This document shows, piece by piece, positions 31,780-51,553 of a DNA stretch of 64,000 bases; the first letter of the stretch is position 1; the number at the start of each line of letters is the position of its first letter. The notes below the pieces were generated by a model. The model saw only the letters and a list, made by a program, of their open reading frames with translations, ran no database searches and was not told the origin of the DNA. Origin of the DNA: the human T2T-CHM13v2.0 reference genome, Homo sapiens; the NCBI RefSeq assembly GCF_009914755.1, contig NC_060944.1, one strand, 5' to 3'. Both the position numbers and the translations under genes were made by a program.

Positions 31780-33458
31780 CTGTAGAAAGATGCAGAGAGA
31801 AGGCTGTGAGTTCCAGGGGGTGCTGCTGGGGACGGAGCACCGGGAACAAATAGAGCAGGATGTTTGGGGAAGTGGGGGATGGCTGAGTATGGAGTCAATC
31901 CCTCAGAGGAAAAGCCCACCCCCACCTTGGGGCTGCCCTGCATGCCAGCTAGCAGACCCAGGTGAGCCCCGCCTAGCAGCAGCAAGGGGCTGGGCCGGGG
32001 AGACAGGGGACATGCCTTGTTCTGCACGCTCGGGGCTCCTCAATATAAACCCAGTCATCAACAGTTGACACTGAAAATACAATCAAACACTCGTGTCATA
32101 GCAGCACAGAAGCTGTCCCCCTCTGCATGGTGATGGCTTCAGACCCAGCACTTGAAAGAAGCCAGCCCTGCAGCCACAGCCAATCATTCAGTCTCAGGAC
32201 ACGCTCGCCATACAAGGCTTGCAACACGCCTCTCTGCACCTTTCCCTCATCAACCATATCAGTTCAGCAAACAGTCGCAAGGTGAGAGCAGGTTTCTGTA
32301 TCCCTCCAAGGGCTCCGGGATAGCACAGCGCCTGGTAACCACCTCACACTCCAGCAGCCTTTGCAAATCTGTACCCAAGACAAGAGCCCGGGCCATCAAG
32401 AAACACGCGACTTAAGTAAAAACCTCGTGCTGCAGTGACTGCGTCAGCCAACTGGAATCAAAGTCTGATTTGTCCAGGTGTTGTGTGTCCCCACAACTGA
32501 CTGTGGAATGGATGCCTGGTGACCAAGACTCTGTATGCTTCAAAGCTGGCACTGGCTCTGATCAGGGAGAATCTGTGAGTTGGTGATAAATATGCAACCC
32601 CATTTTTTTAATGAGTTCAACTCCACTGACAACCCTAAAGGCGGCTTTCCCCGTGTTCAGGTTTTGAGAATCAAAGATGATTTAAGAAGCAGAATGGCAC
32701 CAATGAAGATCCACCACAAGGAGGAGATTCACTATCTCTCCATCCCTGAGGTCCAAATTTTTAAAAAAGAACAAAAAAGGAATGTTCTGGATTTACTGGC
32801 ATCGCCTAGATGTCACATGCCCCTGAGAAAAAAGACTCTAAGATTTAAATATATTTTGGTTGTTTTCCCTCTTTGTCTCCACAAATGTTGAAAACAAATG
32901 GTAAACAAGTCCACCTGGGGGCCCGACCTGTCTAAGAAGGATGTGCTCCTGATCGAGACCCACCTGGCAGAAGCTGAGAGCACAGACAGCAGGAACCAGG
33001 AACCTTTTGGAATCCTTGAAAATGGTTCGACCCAATCCATGATTAACTTACAAGCTGTGGACCTGCCCCATGGACATATTTCTTAACGTGAAGCCCCACG
33101 AGACTCTGGCAGCCATCTCCTGGGCCCATCCCCCTCTCCTTGGGTGATCCCTGCATCCCAGGCACCTGCAGCAAATGACCCAGGGAGCCTGGGGGACAGG
33201 GAAGCAACTTCCAAGGCCCCAGGACGCATTGGCTCATACAGGCCAGTTGTAAGTGCTGGGCCTCAGTATAACTAAGTGTTCAAGATAAGTAGGGCTGGGA
33301 GTTGACACACTCACACTCCTAACCTCGAGGCTGTTTCAAAAAGGCTTCTTCCCTTTTCTACTCTTAGCACATTGACGCTTCACTCCCATGAAGCCATAAA
33401 CATTGCCTCCTAGAGTTGGTGGTAGTATCGGGAAAGAGAGATGTTGTATACAAAGGAT

Positions 33459-33633
33459 TCATGATAGGGAGTTCTCATGAGATCTGGTTGTTTAAAAGTG
33501 TGTAGCACCTCTCCCTGCTCTCTATTCCTCCTTCTCCAGTCATGTAAGACATGCCTGCTTCCCCTTTGCCTTCCGCCACGATTGTGAGTTTCCTGAGGCA
33601 TCCCCAGCCATGCCTCCTGCACAGTCTGAGGAA
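33459..33633 (+). mobile_element. Orphan MST LTR fragment, copy of 34741-34915
   Basis: 7 mismatches over the 165-bp core and no indels versus the nearby 5' LTR. Confidence 0.88.
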
Positions 33634-33749
33634 ATTCTCTATTGCACTAATTCAGGAGAGAACCCTGTGTCCAGGACTGTCCTGAAGACAACCAGACCCA
33701 ATTTAAATGAAATGGCACTCCCCAAAGTGACCAAGCTTCTGGCGACTCA

Positions 33750-34079
<330 letters not shown>

Positions 34080-34619
34080 TTATAGCAGTTCTGGGCCCAT
34101 GCAGGCCAGCAGGTACCCTCTGAGAAGGTGCACACTCAGCACCGAGTGTGCCCCTCAAACACGTACTGCTCTGCACACAGAAGCATCTGGAAAGACACGA
34201 GAAACAGTGAACAATGGCAATTCTATGACCTTGGGTGGGAGACTGAGAAAGCAAGGGTGGGGAGAGGAGGACTTTCCCCTAAACTCTGTATGCTATTTAC
34301 ACTTTTTCAAGCATATTTTGCTTTTATGTAATGAAAAACTAATACGAAACCTAGCTATCTATGCAAAGGAGCAATAAAACCTCCAATAATCCAACAACAT
34401 ATAGCCGATGATCACCTGACTCTCAGTATACTGAGTGAACACGCTAAATGTCAAGTGACATTCCAGGCAGCTGACAATAACACAGGGTGACCAGAATATC
34501 TCTCACCCCACTGGGACAGAGTCATCATGAGCCTTATTAACAATCATCCCAAGACAGCAGGCACCATCAAGGACTGGCCTAGCACACTCTCACCAGAAGG
34601 GTCTGAGCATATGGGAAGT

Positions 34620-37347
<2,728 letters not shown>

Positions 37348-37939
37348 GAAGTGTTGATAAGGAATAGGACCATTTAGTTGAGGAACACTTTAAAATTCTA
37401 ATTGGAAAAGAAAGAAAAAGAAAAAGAAAGAAAAAATAGAATTGAAACAGGTGAGAAAAAGCACAAGTTCCGAACAGTTTGTTGTTTCTTTGGAAGCACT
37501 GACAACATGTCCCACAGGTTGAGACAATTTTAAGCTTAGATGCGCCCACCATGCACCAAGGAGAAGGACCTTCTGTGTTCTCCAGCACAGATGGGAAAAT
37601 ACAACATCAGAGGACCAGGCTGTCACCTCCTTGAGGTGCTTTGATATCTTTGATCATACCTCCAAGCTCCTGTGCCTTAGGGAGAGTAGGGAGCCCTTTC
37701 ACATCTTAAAGAAGGAAAGTGTGAATTGGAGCAACTTACACCTCACCCAGGTCATGCATATGGCTAGTGGGGGGCTGACTCTGAACCCAAGGCTTCTCCT
37801 CCCATCCCAGGGCTCCTTACCAGCACCTCTGCAACCAGCAAGAGGAAGTGGGAAGGGGCAACCACCAGCACACAGCAGAAGGAGCGGGGTCTGGCAACAG
37901 TGCACACACAAGGGCCCAGGACTTCAAGCTGGAGAACCG

Positions 37940-38105
37940 GAACCCAAATCCTGGCCATCGCTTACTAACTGTGGAATGGTGAATGAATCTCTTCTCACCT
38001 GGGGCCTCAGTTTCCTCATCTGAATAATGGGTATGGTAAGTAATACCACAGGATTTCTATGAGGGTTAAATGGACTCTTTGTAAACGTACACAAAGCTCA
38101 ATGCC
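37940..38105. mobile_element. MIR
   Basis: Core GGCCTCAGTTTCCTCATCTGAATAATGGG. Confidence 0.65.
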
Positions 38106-38726
38106 ATACGCTCACACAGAAAACCTCTGTGTGAGCCTGGTCCCTTCCGCTTTCCCGTCCTCTGTCCCAAACCCTGTGACAGCCTTGTCTACTGCCACAC
38201 ACCCCTCCTGACCAGGACATCCTGCTGTGAGACACGAGGGAAGTGCTCCCTATGTGACACACTAAATAATACCACAAACACAACACCCCTGCAAAAGGGA
38301 AAGAGCCACCCCCATTTCACACCCTCCTGACACGGGGCCATCTGCAACCAAGAAGCAGGCCACCACTACCTCACCACTCCAGGCCTGGGCAGCCCTCCCT
38401 CTGACCTTGCCCACAGCCTGTTACCATCCCAGCACCTTGAGGCTGAAACCAAGGCCAGGTGGCTTTCTCCAAGGATGCCACTTCCACTTAGGGACATAGC
38501 CTGTGTCCCAGCAGCCCTGTCCCTGTAACAGGATTCCGATCAGTCACATTAGCACAGTGCAGTGTCATCATCCATGGCGGGCACAGTGCACGTTATTATA
38601 TGACACTATTTCACAAATAAACCAAGGAAGAGAAAACATCAAGTGTTTTTTCCAAGTCCATATACCTTGGGGGTGACAGAAAGTAAGGTAGAATTCAGTT
38701 TTCAGAACTGCTGGATTCTTTCATTA

Positions 38727-38933
<207 letters not shown>

Positions 38934-39854
38934 TCACACAATTCAAAAGTGACTCTTTTGGATTTTCTCTCAGATAGAAATATATTATTACTGCCTTTTA
39001 GAATGAGAACATTCACGTTTTCAAATATTTACTTAAGATTTTTAAAAACAGAAGAGCATGATAAGGAAAGTAGAAGTGGACCATAATCCTACCACCAAAT
39101 AAACACTATCAACAATTTTGTAAATCAAACAACATAATTAGGAAAGAGGGATCTGATGACCACGAAACGTTACACATAAGGTGAACGCCCATGGCATCCC
39201 CAACGCCACCAGCACTGCAGAAGGCGTCTCCGCCACGACCCTTCCCCCTACATCTCCTGAACCCTACCCTGACTTTTATGGTGACAGCTTCCTCGCTTTT
39301 CTAGACCTCATTTGCATGCATGCCTAAAGCTTGGTTTCATTTGGCTTCTCTGTGTCCTCAGAAGCTTTGCTATAGTACCCACCTGAGGAGGGGATTGCTG
39401 GGCCATAGAATGTGCCCTATTGGCACATTCCCTTGGTGAACTGAACCTTTTATTATAACAAAATGCTCACACTCTTTAATACAGTAAAGCTTTTCACCTT
39501 AAGGTCCATTTTCTCTTTTAACAAGAAACTACCCCAGCTTTCTTTTGGAAAGTATTTACATGATATTATCTTTTTATTGAATTTTTCATTCCAATTTTTA
39601 ATATCCTTATGTTTTAGCTATGTCTCTTAAGAATAGTAACAGTTGGATTTTGTCCAATCTGACAAACTTTATCCTTTAACTTAAATATGTAATCTAATTA
39701 CATTTAATGTGATTACTGATTTACTGGATTTAAACTGACTATTTCGCTTTCTGCTTTCAATTTGACTTGCTTGTTTTTTCTCTCCCCTCCCCCACCCTGC
39801 TTTTGGATTTACTATTTTAGGATTTCACTTTTCTCTTATTAATTTAGACGTTAT

Positions 39855-40221
<367 letters not shown>

Positions 40222-40774
40222 TTACCAAAGTTGAGTATTAATAATACTTTTACTGTCTTCTATGACAATACAAAGCCAGTGAAATATATTAGCTCCAGTT
40301 ACCACACTCCTGACTTCAATGCCTTTGTTATCATGTATTTTATATGTTTTAAACCCTCACAAAATACTATTTTTGGTTTTGTATAATGTTCATTTTAGAA
40401 TTATCCCATAGTTATTCTGTTTTTCATTTCTTCTTGCAATTCTGACTTTCCATCTGGAATAATTTTCCAACTATTTAAAATACATCTTTAGAACTTTGTT
40501 TTTCTTGAATATGCCAGTGCCAAATATTTTGTCTAACATGTTTTTATTTTACATTAATTCTTTTTTTACAAAGAAATAATTTATAACTTATAAATTATCC
40601 TTTTAGAATAGTGGAAATGACTCTGCTGTCCATTTAAACAGAATGGATAAACAAATTGATACAGGCATAGTCATACAATGAAATACCTGACAATGAAAAA
40701 GAACAAACCACTAATAGACACAGTAACACGAATGTATCTCAGAGACATACTATGGAGTAAAGAAGCCAGAGAAT

Positions 40775-41028
40775 GGCCGGGTGCGGTGGCTCTTGCCTGT
40801 AATCCCAGCACTTCGGGAGGCAGAGGCAGGGTGATTGCTTGAGCTCAGGAGTTGGAAACCAGCCTGGGCAACATGGTGAAAAAAAATACAGTAATTAGCC
40901 GGGCATGGCGGCATGTGCCTGTAGACCCAGCTACCTGGGGGGCTGAGGCAGGAGGATTGCTTAAGCCCAGGAGGTCGAGGCTACAGTGAGCCAAGATCAT
41001 GCCTGGGTGACGAAGTGAGACCCCGTCT

Positions 41029-41059
<31 letters not shown>
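40775..41059 (+). mobile_element. Alu (AluJ-like) with internal deletions
   Basis: GAGGTCGAGGCTACAGTGAG; long A tail; TSD GCCAGAGA. Confidence 0.9.
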
Positions 41060-41062
<3 letters not shown>

Positions 41063-42962
41063 CAGAGAGTATGTATTGTGTATTAAAATGCAGAATTTAT
41101 ATAAAATTCAGAAACAGGAAAAAAAAATCTCTGATGTTGGTGTCCAGGCAGTGGTTGACCTTTGGTAGTAGAGGAACCAAAAAGAGACATGATGAGGGAT
41201 AAGGGTGTGATGGTTACACAGGTGCGCTCAGTTTGGAATATTCACTGACCTGTACACTTGGACACATGGCTCTTTTCTCTAGGTACGCTTCAGTGAAAGT
41301 CACACAGAAAGAAATCAACAGAAGGGCTATTAGGCTGGTCAAAATATCACCACTAAGTGTTGGAGAAGAAGGTTTGGGGCCATAGGTCCAAGCATGCTTC
41401 CAAAATCTGACCAAGAATTTGCATGAGCACACCTCTGTTGCTGCCATTGAATGCAAAATGTGGCTGTTTCTTTGCAGACACCTCTGCCTGGGACACACAT
41501 GTATTACTATCTGACATTAAATTATACATGCATTTGCTTATTTTCTGCCCCCCAGTTAAAATGTGAGCTCACTTTTGGCATATAGTAGGGACTCAACAAA
41601 TATTTATTGGGTGTCTTTGCCTCTGTATCCTTTCACTGCTAACCAGAACTCTCCTTCTCACAGAGGCATTCTTTCACCTTTATTCTTAAAGGATATTTTT
41701 ACTCGGTATGAAATTCAGGTTGGCAGTTATTTTCTTCTAGCATATTGAAGATATCTTTCCACCGTCTTCTGACTTCTACTGTTGCATTACAGAAAGCAAC
41801 GGTCAATCTAACTATGGCTCACTTTTAGGATATGTCTTTTCTCTAGCTTCCCTTTTAAAATTATTAAACTTTTCATCTTGAGATCATTATAGATCCATAT
41901 GCAGTTATAAGAAAAATACAAAGAGATCCTGTGTACCCACTTCTGGCTGTTTTTAAGATATTCTCTCTGGCTTTGTTTTCCTTCAGTTTCACATAATACG
42001 CCAGGTATAGATGTCTCTTTATCCTGCTTGGAATTCCATGGGCTTTTGGAATCCCAAGAAGTATGTTTCTGTCCTGAAAATGTTTTAGCTATTACTTCTT
42101 CACATAATGCCCCTCCAGCATTCACTTGTTTCCTCCCAGGACTCCAGTTAAAGGGATGCTGGACTTTCTCACTCCATCTGTACCACCTCTTTTTATATCT
42201 TCATGCTGCATTCTGGATGACTCCAGTTAATGAATGGTCTCTTCAGCTGTGTCTAATCTGCTGTTAAATGCTTCTATTTAGTTTTAAATTTTGGTGATCA
42301 TACTTTTCAGTTCTAGACATTTTATTTGGTTCATTGTTCAGATTTGTTACTTCACTTTTCAGAGTTCTTTTAGATATTTTTTAAGCTCTAAAAAAATCTC
42401 TAATATAGTAACCATAGTTGTTTTATATTTTGTGTCTAACAATTCTAATATCTCACATATTTGCGGGTGTGCTTCCATTGTCAGTTGTTTCTGCTAGTTC
42501 TTGCTCATCTGTCTTGTTTGTTTGCCCAGCTTTCCTTTATCATATGCTGGTCATTGTATTTGGCTATTATTTAGGAAAAATTTCAGATTTGGGATGGTGG
42601 CACTTTTATTGTTTGCTTTGGCTAGGTGCCTATCCATGCAGTGCCAGTAATCTAAGTGCAGGATTTGAGATTATCTAGTGTACTGAGGGATATAAGACCA
42701 GACCACAAAGCAGTATAATGACTGACTGCAATTCATCTTTACCCTACAGGTCTTACCCTTCAGGATTCTTCCTTAAATTTGGGGTTGGTTTGTCAACCCT
42801 GGGTTTCTACCTTGAATGACTCCGGGTTTTGACATATGTTTCTGGGGCTCTTTGAGGCCCCCAAGGTCACAGATCAATTTCTCAGTTGCTTACTTAAAAT
42901 CACAAAATATTCTCAGGGAAAATGGGCTTTTGTGTGCTAAGCTTACCTCTCTGGGTACTTAA

Positions 42963-43358
<396 letters not shown>

Positions 43359-43989
43359 TGAAAGCTTGGCCTGAGTTAGCTCACTTGCCACTATCAGAAC
43401 ATCTGAACTGCTTCTTCCTTTTTTTAGGGCTGCAAAAAGATTTCAACAAATGGAGCTACCAGGATTATTTAACCAATCCCATACTGAAAAAGCTGTTTCC
43501 ACATTTTTCCTATCTGAATCAATGCTAGAATGCATACCTTGAATGCATGTCCTTTCACATGAAGATAGAAACTGTGAGTCTTTCCTCCTTGCATCCCTAG
43601 CATCTGGTGTTGCCTAGCACATAATAAGTCCCTCAAAAATAGTTGTCAAATACTAAACGAATGATGAAATTGCAATTTTGCTCATTCTAATCACAGATTC
43701 TTTTGTGTTGTTGGTAATAATTGCCAGCTGACTTTCTTCCATCCATCAAAGAGCAGTGGGATCAGATGGCCCAGTCTGGTGCCATTTCAGTCTGATACCA
43801 TCTTGACCACACTTGTCTGTTTTCTTGTGTCCTTCTTTACAGTTCACAAAAGGCGAGCGGCAACCCCATATATTCAGGTATTTTACCAATAAGATACACC
43901 ATCCCATCTCTGCATGATCTTAGACTCATTCATCACAAAGTAAAGAGGCTGCAATGTGTGATCTAGAGGTACTTTCAACTTCAAATTAC

Positions 43990-44260
43990 AATTGTCTCTC
44001 AGTATCCCTGGGGGATTGGTTCCGGGACCCTTGGCAGATACCAAACTCCACAGATACTCAAGTCCTTTGTATAAAATGTAGTATTTGCATATAACCTATG
44101 CTCATCCTCCTGTATGTTTTAAATTAGCTCTAGATTACTTATAATAGCCAATACAATGTAAATACTATGTAAATAGTTTTAGGCTGCATTGTTTAGGAAA
44201 TAGTGAGAAGAAAAAGGTCCATACCTGTTCAATAGAGATGTGACCATCCTTTCTTTTTCT
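43990..44260. mobile_element. MER2 DNA transposon fragment
   Basis: GGGGATTGGTTCCGGGACCC...GTATTTGCATATAACCTA; related copy at 55755-56098. Confidence 0.75.
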
Positions 44261-44261
44261 G

Positions 44262-44313
44262 AATATATATATATGAGAGAATATATATATATGAGAGAAT
44301 ATATATATATATA
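44262..44313. repeat. (TA)n/GA compound microsatellite in an Alu tail
   Basis: ATATATATATATGAGAGA units. Confidence 0.85.
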
Positions 44314-44597
44314 TGAGACAAGGTCTCATGCTGTTGCCCAGGCTGGAGTGCAGTGACACAATCACACCTCACTACAGCCTCAAACTCCTGGGCTCAAGCA
44401 ATCCTCCCAGCTCAGCCTCACAAGTAGCTGGAATTACAGGTGCATGCCACCACATCCAGCTACCTTTAAGATTCTTCTGTAGAGACGAGGTCTCACTCTG
44501 TTGCCCAGGCTAATCTTGAACTCCTAGACTTAAGCAATCCTCTCACATTGGCCTCCCAAAGTGCTGGGATTACATGTGTGAGCCACCGCACCTGGCC
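44314..44597 (-). mobile_element. Alu (AluJ-like)
   Basis: Reverse Alu dimer. Confidence 0.9.
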
Positions 44598-44613
44598 TGT
44601 TTCATTTTTATGA

Positions 44614-44984
<371 letters not shown>

Positions 44985-45949
44985 AGATATGTAGTATTTG
45001 AACTGAAAAGCCAATCCATTCTCCTGGATAAAGGGTTTATCTTGGTTTTGAGACTCCCTGAAATCTCTACCATTGGGTTTCTTGTAGAAAAACTGGGACA
45101 CCTATACGGATATTTCTGACTTGATACCGCTTCCCTTAAATCTCTGTATGACGTTCCACCTATAGGGGCTGTGGGAGCTCTGCCCTGTCTGTGGTATGAA
45201 GCAGAGAAGCAAGCAGAGCCTGAAAAGAAAAATGGTCCACCATGACCAACCATCTCCGAGGAGACAGGATGAAGGGACAGGCAGGGAGAGGTGAACGCTA
45301 GGCATCTGCAGCACCAGCAGGGTGCTCTCGAAATGTTACAGAGAGAAGAGAAAGGATAACGTCAGAGCAGAGTCGAGAGCACTAGTGCAAACAAAGTGAC
45401 TTCTTAGTTTATCTAACATCTGACTTGCTTTCTGGGAAGCATGGCTGTAGGAGGGGATGGAGCTGGGACAGACGGAAGGACGATGGCTGGACACGCATGG
45501 CTATCCCAGGGGGAGCTGAGTCAGAAAGGGCCCGGCTCCTGCCACTGCTTGTGGTACCCAACTTTCTTCTCATCCCCTCCCCACACACATATGAGAAGCC
45601 TCAGGCCTCCTGAAAGGAAATTCCATCTCAGATGAGCCGCTTTTCAGGGTGCGTGTGACAGGGTTCCAGTCAGAAATCTCATGTAACCCAAGCGAATTTC
45701 TCTCCTTGCTGATGCTCTAATACCAATCATGGTTATTCTATCAGAATTGGATGTTTCTGTCTTGTATCATTCCTGTAAACATAAAGTGAAGAAATCCTTG
45801 GGAATGACGTGGCTTATTCAATCAGCAGAGCCTGCAATCTGAACGTGGACCCAAAGTTACTCTTTTGGTTTTGAATTTTCCAAAGTTTGATTTCTAAATT
45901 CTTGATTTTTCAAAAATATCAATTCAGCAAGAGACAGACTCAAATTAAA

Positions 45950-46002
45950 ATATATATATATATATATATGTGTGTATATATATATATATATAAATAAATA
46001 AA
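45950..46002. repeat. (TA)n(TG)n microsatellite
   Basis: Direct inspection. Confidence 0.9.
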
Positions 46003-46414
46003 CGGGACCATCTGTCTGTATTGCTTAAATAACCAGAGCGTTGATTTTTCATAAATGTGCCTTTTGCTCATCTATGTCCCAAACACACTTCCAGGTGATA
46101 TCAAGAGAGGCTAGATCATTATCTATCAATAACACATTTGCCTTCTTAAGCGCATTGAAAAATGCAGGAATAGAAACCAAAGTCAGAGAAAGGGCATGAG
46201 TTTGCCTGAGGAGAGTTCCTTATGAGGGAGGCACAGTGCCCTGCTGACAGGGCAGGTGAGGCTTCTTTGAGGAACTAACAAGAAGTCGGATTCAACCAGA
46301 CTCTCTACTAGGCCAGCAGTGAGTGGTTCTTTTCTTCATTTGTTTTGGCCCAAGGGCCATTTCAGGAAAATTTACTGGCTGGGTTTCTTTTCCCCAATTC
46401 AAAATAAAAATACT

Positions 46415-46715
<301 letters not shown>

Positions 46716-47320
46716 AAATACTGAGTCTTGTGGAAAAAATATTATTCCTTCAAAGTTAAGATGACCAACAAGATAAGGCACTGCTGTTAGCAGTAACATC
46801 CAGGCATGTTTAAGAAGTAGGAATGGGGAGGTGCTTTTTAGTGTTTTGATCATGAAAGCAGGTTGCAGTCTAGGACCAAGATCCCCATTCTAGATGATCT
46901 TGACCTTCTGATAGAAAAGAACCCTCTAATTTCACGTTTTCTATCTGGCCTAGATGAAATTATGGGATACTTTTGGACATGGGTATCCTTTGTTCTTTCA
47001 ACAGTAGCTTGCAATTGTTTTGTCCAACTCCTAGATGGACTTCAAACTGTGAAATTGTGTAAGACAATCTGCCTTCAAGGGACTGTGACGCTCTCTCTGA
47101 TTACCAGTGTGAGCTGCTCACAGGTCCAACCCATGTGGTCTTTGTGAATCACACACCACTGGCCTATACCAAACTCCTTCCCCATTCTGCCCCTGTGACA
47201 AACCACTAAAATATCTCTCTGGAAAAACAAAACCAAACCTCTGGAAGTTACCACATTAAAAACAAGTAATCTTAAGAAACCACTTTCTACAACGTAGAAT
47301 TTCCATAGAGGGAAAAACTA

Positions 47321-47872
<552 letters not shown>

Positions 47873-47927
47873 TCAGTCGTCAGTCACAAGAACCAGAATT
47901 TCTTTGTTGTATGAAAAATATCCATTA

Positions 47928-48080
47928 GGCCAGGTATGGGTGACTCACGCTTGTAATCCCAACACTTTGGGAGAAAAAGGCGGGAGGACTGCTTGAACCC
48001 AGGAGTTCAAGGCTGCAGGGGCCTTGACAGTGCCACTGTTCTTCAGCCTGGGCAGCAGAGTGAAACCCTATCTCAAAAAG
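47928..48080 (+). mobile_element. Alu monomer (FAM/FRAM-like)
   Basis: About 150-bp single arm. Confidence 0.75.
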
Positions 48081-48124
48081 GAAACTATTCTAGAATAATT
48101 AGAAAATAGAGATATGTAGTATAA

Positions 48125-48498
<374 letters not shown>

Positions 48499-49070
48499 AG
48501 ATTAATTTTTCTGTACACACGTACAAATGTAGTTTTTTTCCTTACAAGGGTTTCTGTTTTTTTTTCAAATAATAGGTAGTAAAAATTTTACTGAATTGTA
48601 CTAAATGAAAGTGCTTACAATAAGGAAAAAAAGGAAACTCCAATAAAAATACACAGAGGATGTTAATAAATCACAAAAGATATATATATATAATTAATAA
48701 CCATCTAAAAATGCTCAAATTAAAACCAAGATATGCTATTTGTAACTGTCAAATTATCAAGACTAAAAATCCTGGATGCCTCTTGTAAGCAAGGGATCTC
48801 GTCCACTGCTGGAGGAAGGAATTGGCAAACATTTCTGGGGGGTACTTTGTCTTTATATCAAGAATACTTAAAATATTAACTGGCCTAGTATCTACTTACA
48901 TGAAATTCCTTATATTTAAGAAAATAGTTACAGACAAAGATATGAGTTCATCAGAATATTATTTATATAAGGACAGGAAAGAAAATAACCTAAAATATCC
49001 AACAGAAGAATAGTTTGTCAAATTACTGTGTATTTATATGACAGAATATTAAACAGTCTTGAAATTCACA

Positions 49071-49379
<309 letters not shown>

Positions 49380-50171
49380 AAAATCACATTTCTGAAAAAT
49401 ATTTAATAGAATGGGCAGTGTAGAAGAATAAAAACTTTATAATAATAGTAATAACTAATCTACTTACTGGTCACTTTACATATAATAATTCATTTATGCC
49501 TTATAACAATTCTACCAGGAAGCTTCTGCAACTTTCTGGAGGAAAATATATTTAAAAAAAGGGAAAAAAGAAACAAATACATCAAAATGGTAAGAAATGC
49601 TTTCATGGTATTACACATTTATATTTCCTATTTTATATATTTTTATATCTCTCAAAAATTTTAGAACAAGTAGAACACTTTTGTAAGTAGAAAATGTTAC
49701 TAAAACACAAAAAACATTAAAGCCCTAAAGATATTCAGATAAACCACATAAAACCACCAATATTAGGCCATCATTCTGACCCACAAAAACGGCAATTTCA
49801 TATGGTTCAGCCTATAAGGTAGGCACAAGAACTAAGGAACAATTCTAAAAAAGAGGAAATATAAGGAAACAACAACATGAAAAGTCAATCAAGCTCATTC
49901 ATAATCAAGTAATTCGTAAACATGAAACAATGAAGCAACATCTCTTTCCAGCAAGGCACAGCACAGTAAATGCCAGTTCTATATAGATGTCGCTTTAATG
50001 TGGCGGGAGGCGTTTACTTGCCATCATCCACACAGGGTACGGAAGTTGGAGTCAGAAAAAGAATGTATGAGGAGTTGAAAATCTGTTCAGATCAACTCCC
50101 CAATGGAAAATGTGCATGCTCCTCATCTTACTCAGGAAAACAATATAATCAGTGATATAAAAATTAATGTT

Positions 50172-50330
50172 GGCCAGGTATGGTGGTGTGAGCCTGTAGT
50201 CTCAGATTCTCAGGAGGCTGAGGCAGGAGGATAGCTTGAGCCCAGGATTCAAGGCTACAGTGAGCCATGATCACACCATTGCACTCTAGCCTGGGTGACA
50301 GAGCAAGATCTTGTCTCTTAAAAAAAAAAA
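50172..50330 (+). mobile_element. Alu right-arm monomer (FRAM-like)
   Basis: Single arm with A tail. Confidence 0.8.
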
Positions 50331-50687
50331 TTAAGTAGAATCTTCATGGTGACATTAAACTGATTGTAGAAGGTGAACACATCTGACCTTTTAATTAAAC
50401 ACCTGTTGATAAGCTGTTAAAAACAGCCAGTATCTACACTGAGAATGAACAAACCGGTTCATAGTCTCAGAGGTGCAGGTGAAAATGATAATCTGCTCAG
50501 CATCTGCAAGGGCCTGCCCTATTTGCTAATCAAATTACTCAACCCTTCTCAGACAGGAGTAGACAGAGGTTCAGACAGGGCGAAGACGAGTGAACTGTGA
50601 ACATCTGCCTCCTCTTTCAGACTGTTTTGAGATGGTAACAATGAAAATGGACAGAAAACCATAAACAATAAATCGGAAAGCAAACTA

Positions 50688-50905
50688 AGCCTGGGCAACA
50701 TGGTGAGACCCCGTCTCTACAAAAAACAGAAAGAACTAGCTGGGCGTGGTGGTGCATGCCTGTAGTCCCAGCTACTTGGGAGACTTAGGTAGGAGGATCA
50801 CCTAGAGGCCAGGAAGTCGAGGCTGCAGTGAGCTGTGATAGCGCCACTGCACTCCAGCCTCAGCAACAGAGCCAGACCTCGTCTCAAAATAAATAAATAA
50901 ATACA
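50688..50905 (+). mobile_element. 5'-truncated Alu (AluJ-like)
   Basis: Begins at AGCCTGGGCAACATGG; (TAAA)n tail. Confidence 0.85.
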
Positions 50906-51553
50906 AATGAAAAAGAAAGACAAGTGGTAAAATTCAGAATGTGAAAGGCAAGGAATGGGGACAGAGGGCAGAGTGGCTGGTGGAAGGACCCCAGGCAAAG
51001 GGGAGCAGGATGCCTCCAGGGCTCACCCAGCCCACCAGGGCCCAATTTCCAGCCCTTTCCCGTGTCTCCAAGAATCATGAAAAAATCTGTTTTGAAAATT
51101 CCTCTACTTTTTTTCTCTTTTATGTTTAGTTGTAACCAATTCAACCATTTAAAGCATATAAAATAAAGAACATAAAATAAGCCTGTCCCTTTATCCTCCC
51201 TGCTTCCCAGAAGAATCACTGCTTGGAACACAGGCTTTGAGATCATTTCTAAGTCTCTAGAACAGATGGGCGGTGAGGCACACGCACGTACATAACACAT
51301 AGACACACATGTATTTTCACATAAGTATAATAAGTATAACACTGAACACATTATTTTCCAACTTGTTTTTAAACTTGCACTGAGAGATTGTTCCCTGCCT
51401 CCCTCATTTTAAAAAATACAACGTGCTCTTGTGTGCAGGGCTGTAACATCATGTATCTAAGTATTCTCAGAGAGAGACGTTGGGCAAATCCAGGGTTTTC
51501 TCTTACATCACCTCCTGCTTGTATGGGCATATGTAATCTGAGGGGCAGGGGAG

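Noticed and set aside
31419-32027. 202-aa minus-strand ORF spanning exon 5
   Set aside because: It overlaps exon 5 in a different frame and has no other coding features.
32580-33086. Protein-like short plus-strand ORFs (MVNKSTWGPDLSKKDVLLIETHL...) as a pseudogene
   Set aside because: No recognisable homologue, poly(A) or TSD; would need a BLASTX hit.
45100-45235. Strong acceptor-like TTTTTCTTTTCAG|G at about 45220 on the sense strand as a cryptic exon
   Set aside because: No good donor at exon distance, and it is not needed for the reading frame.
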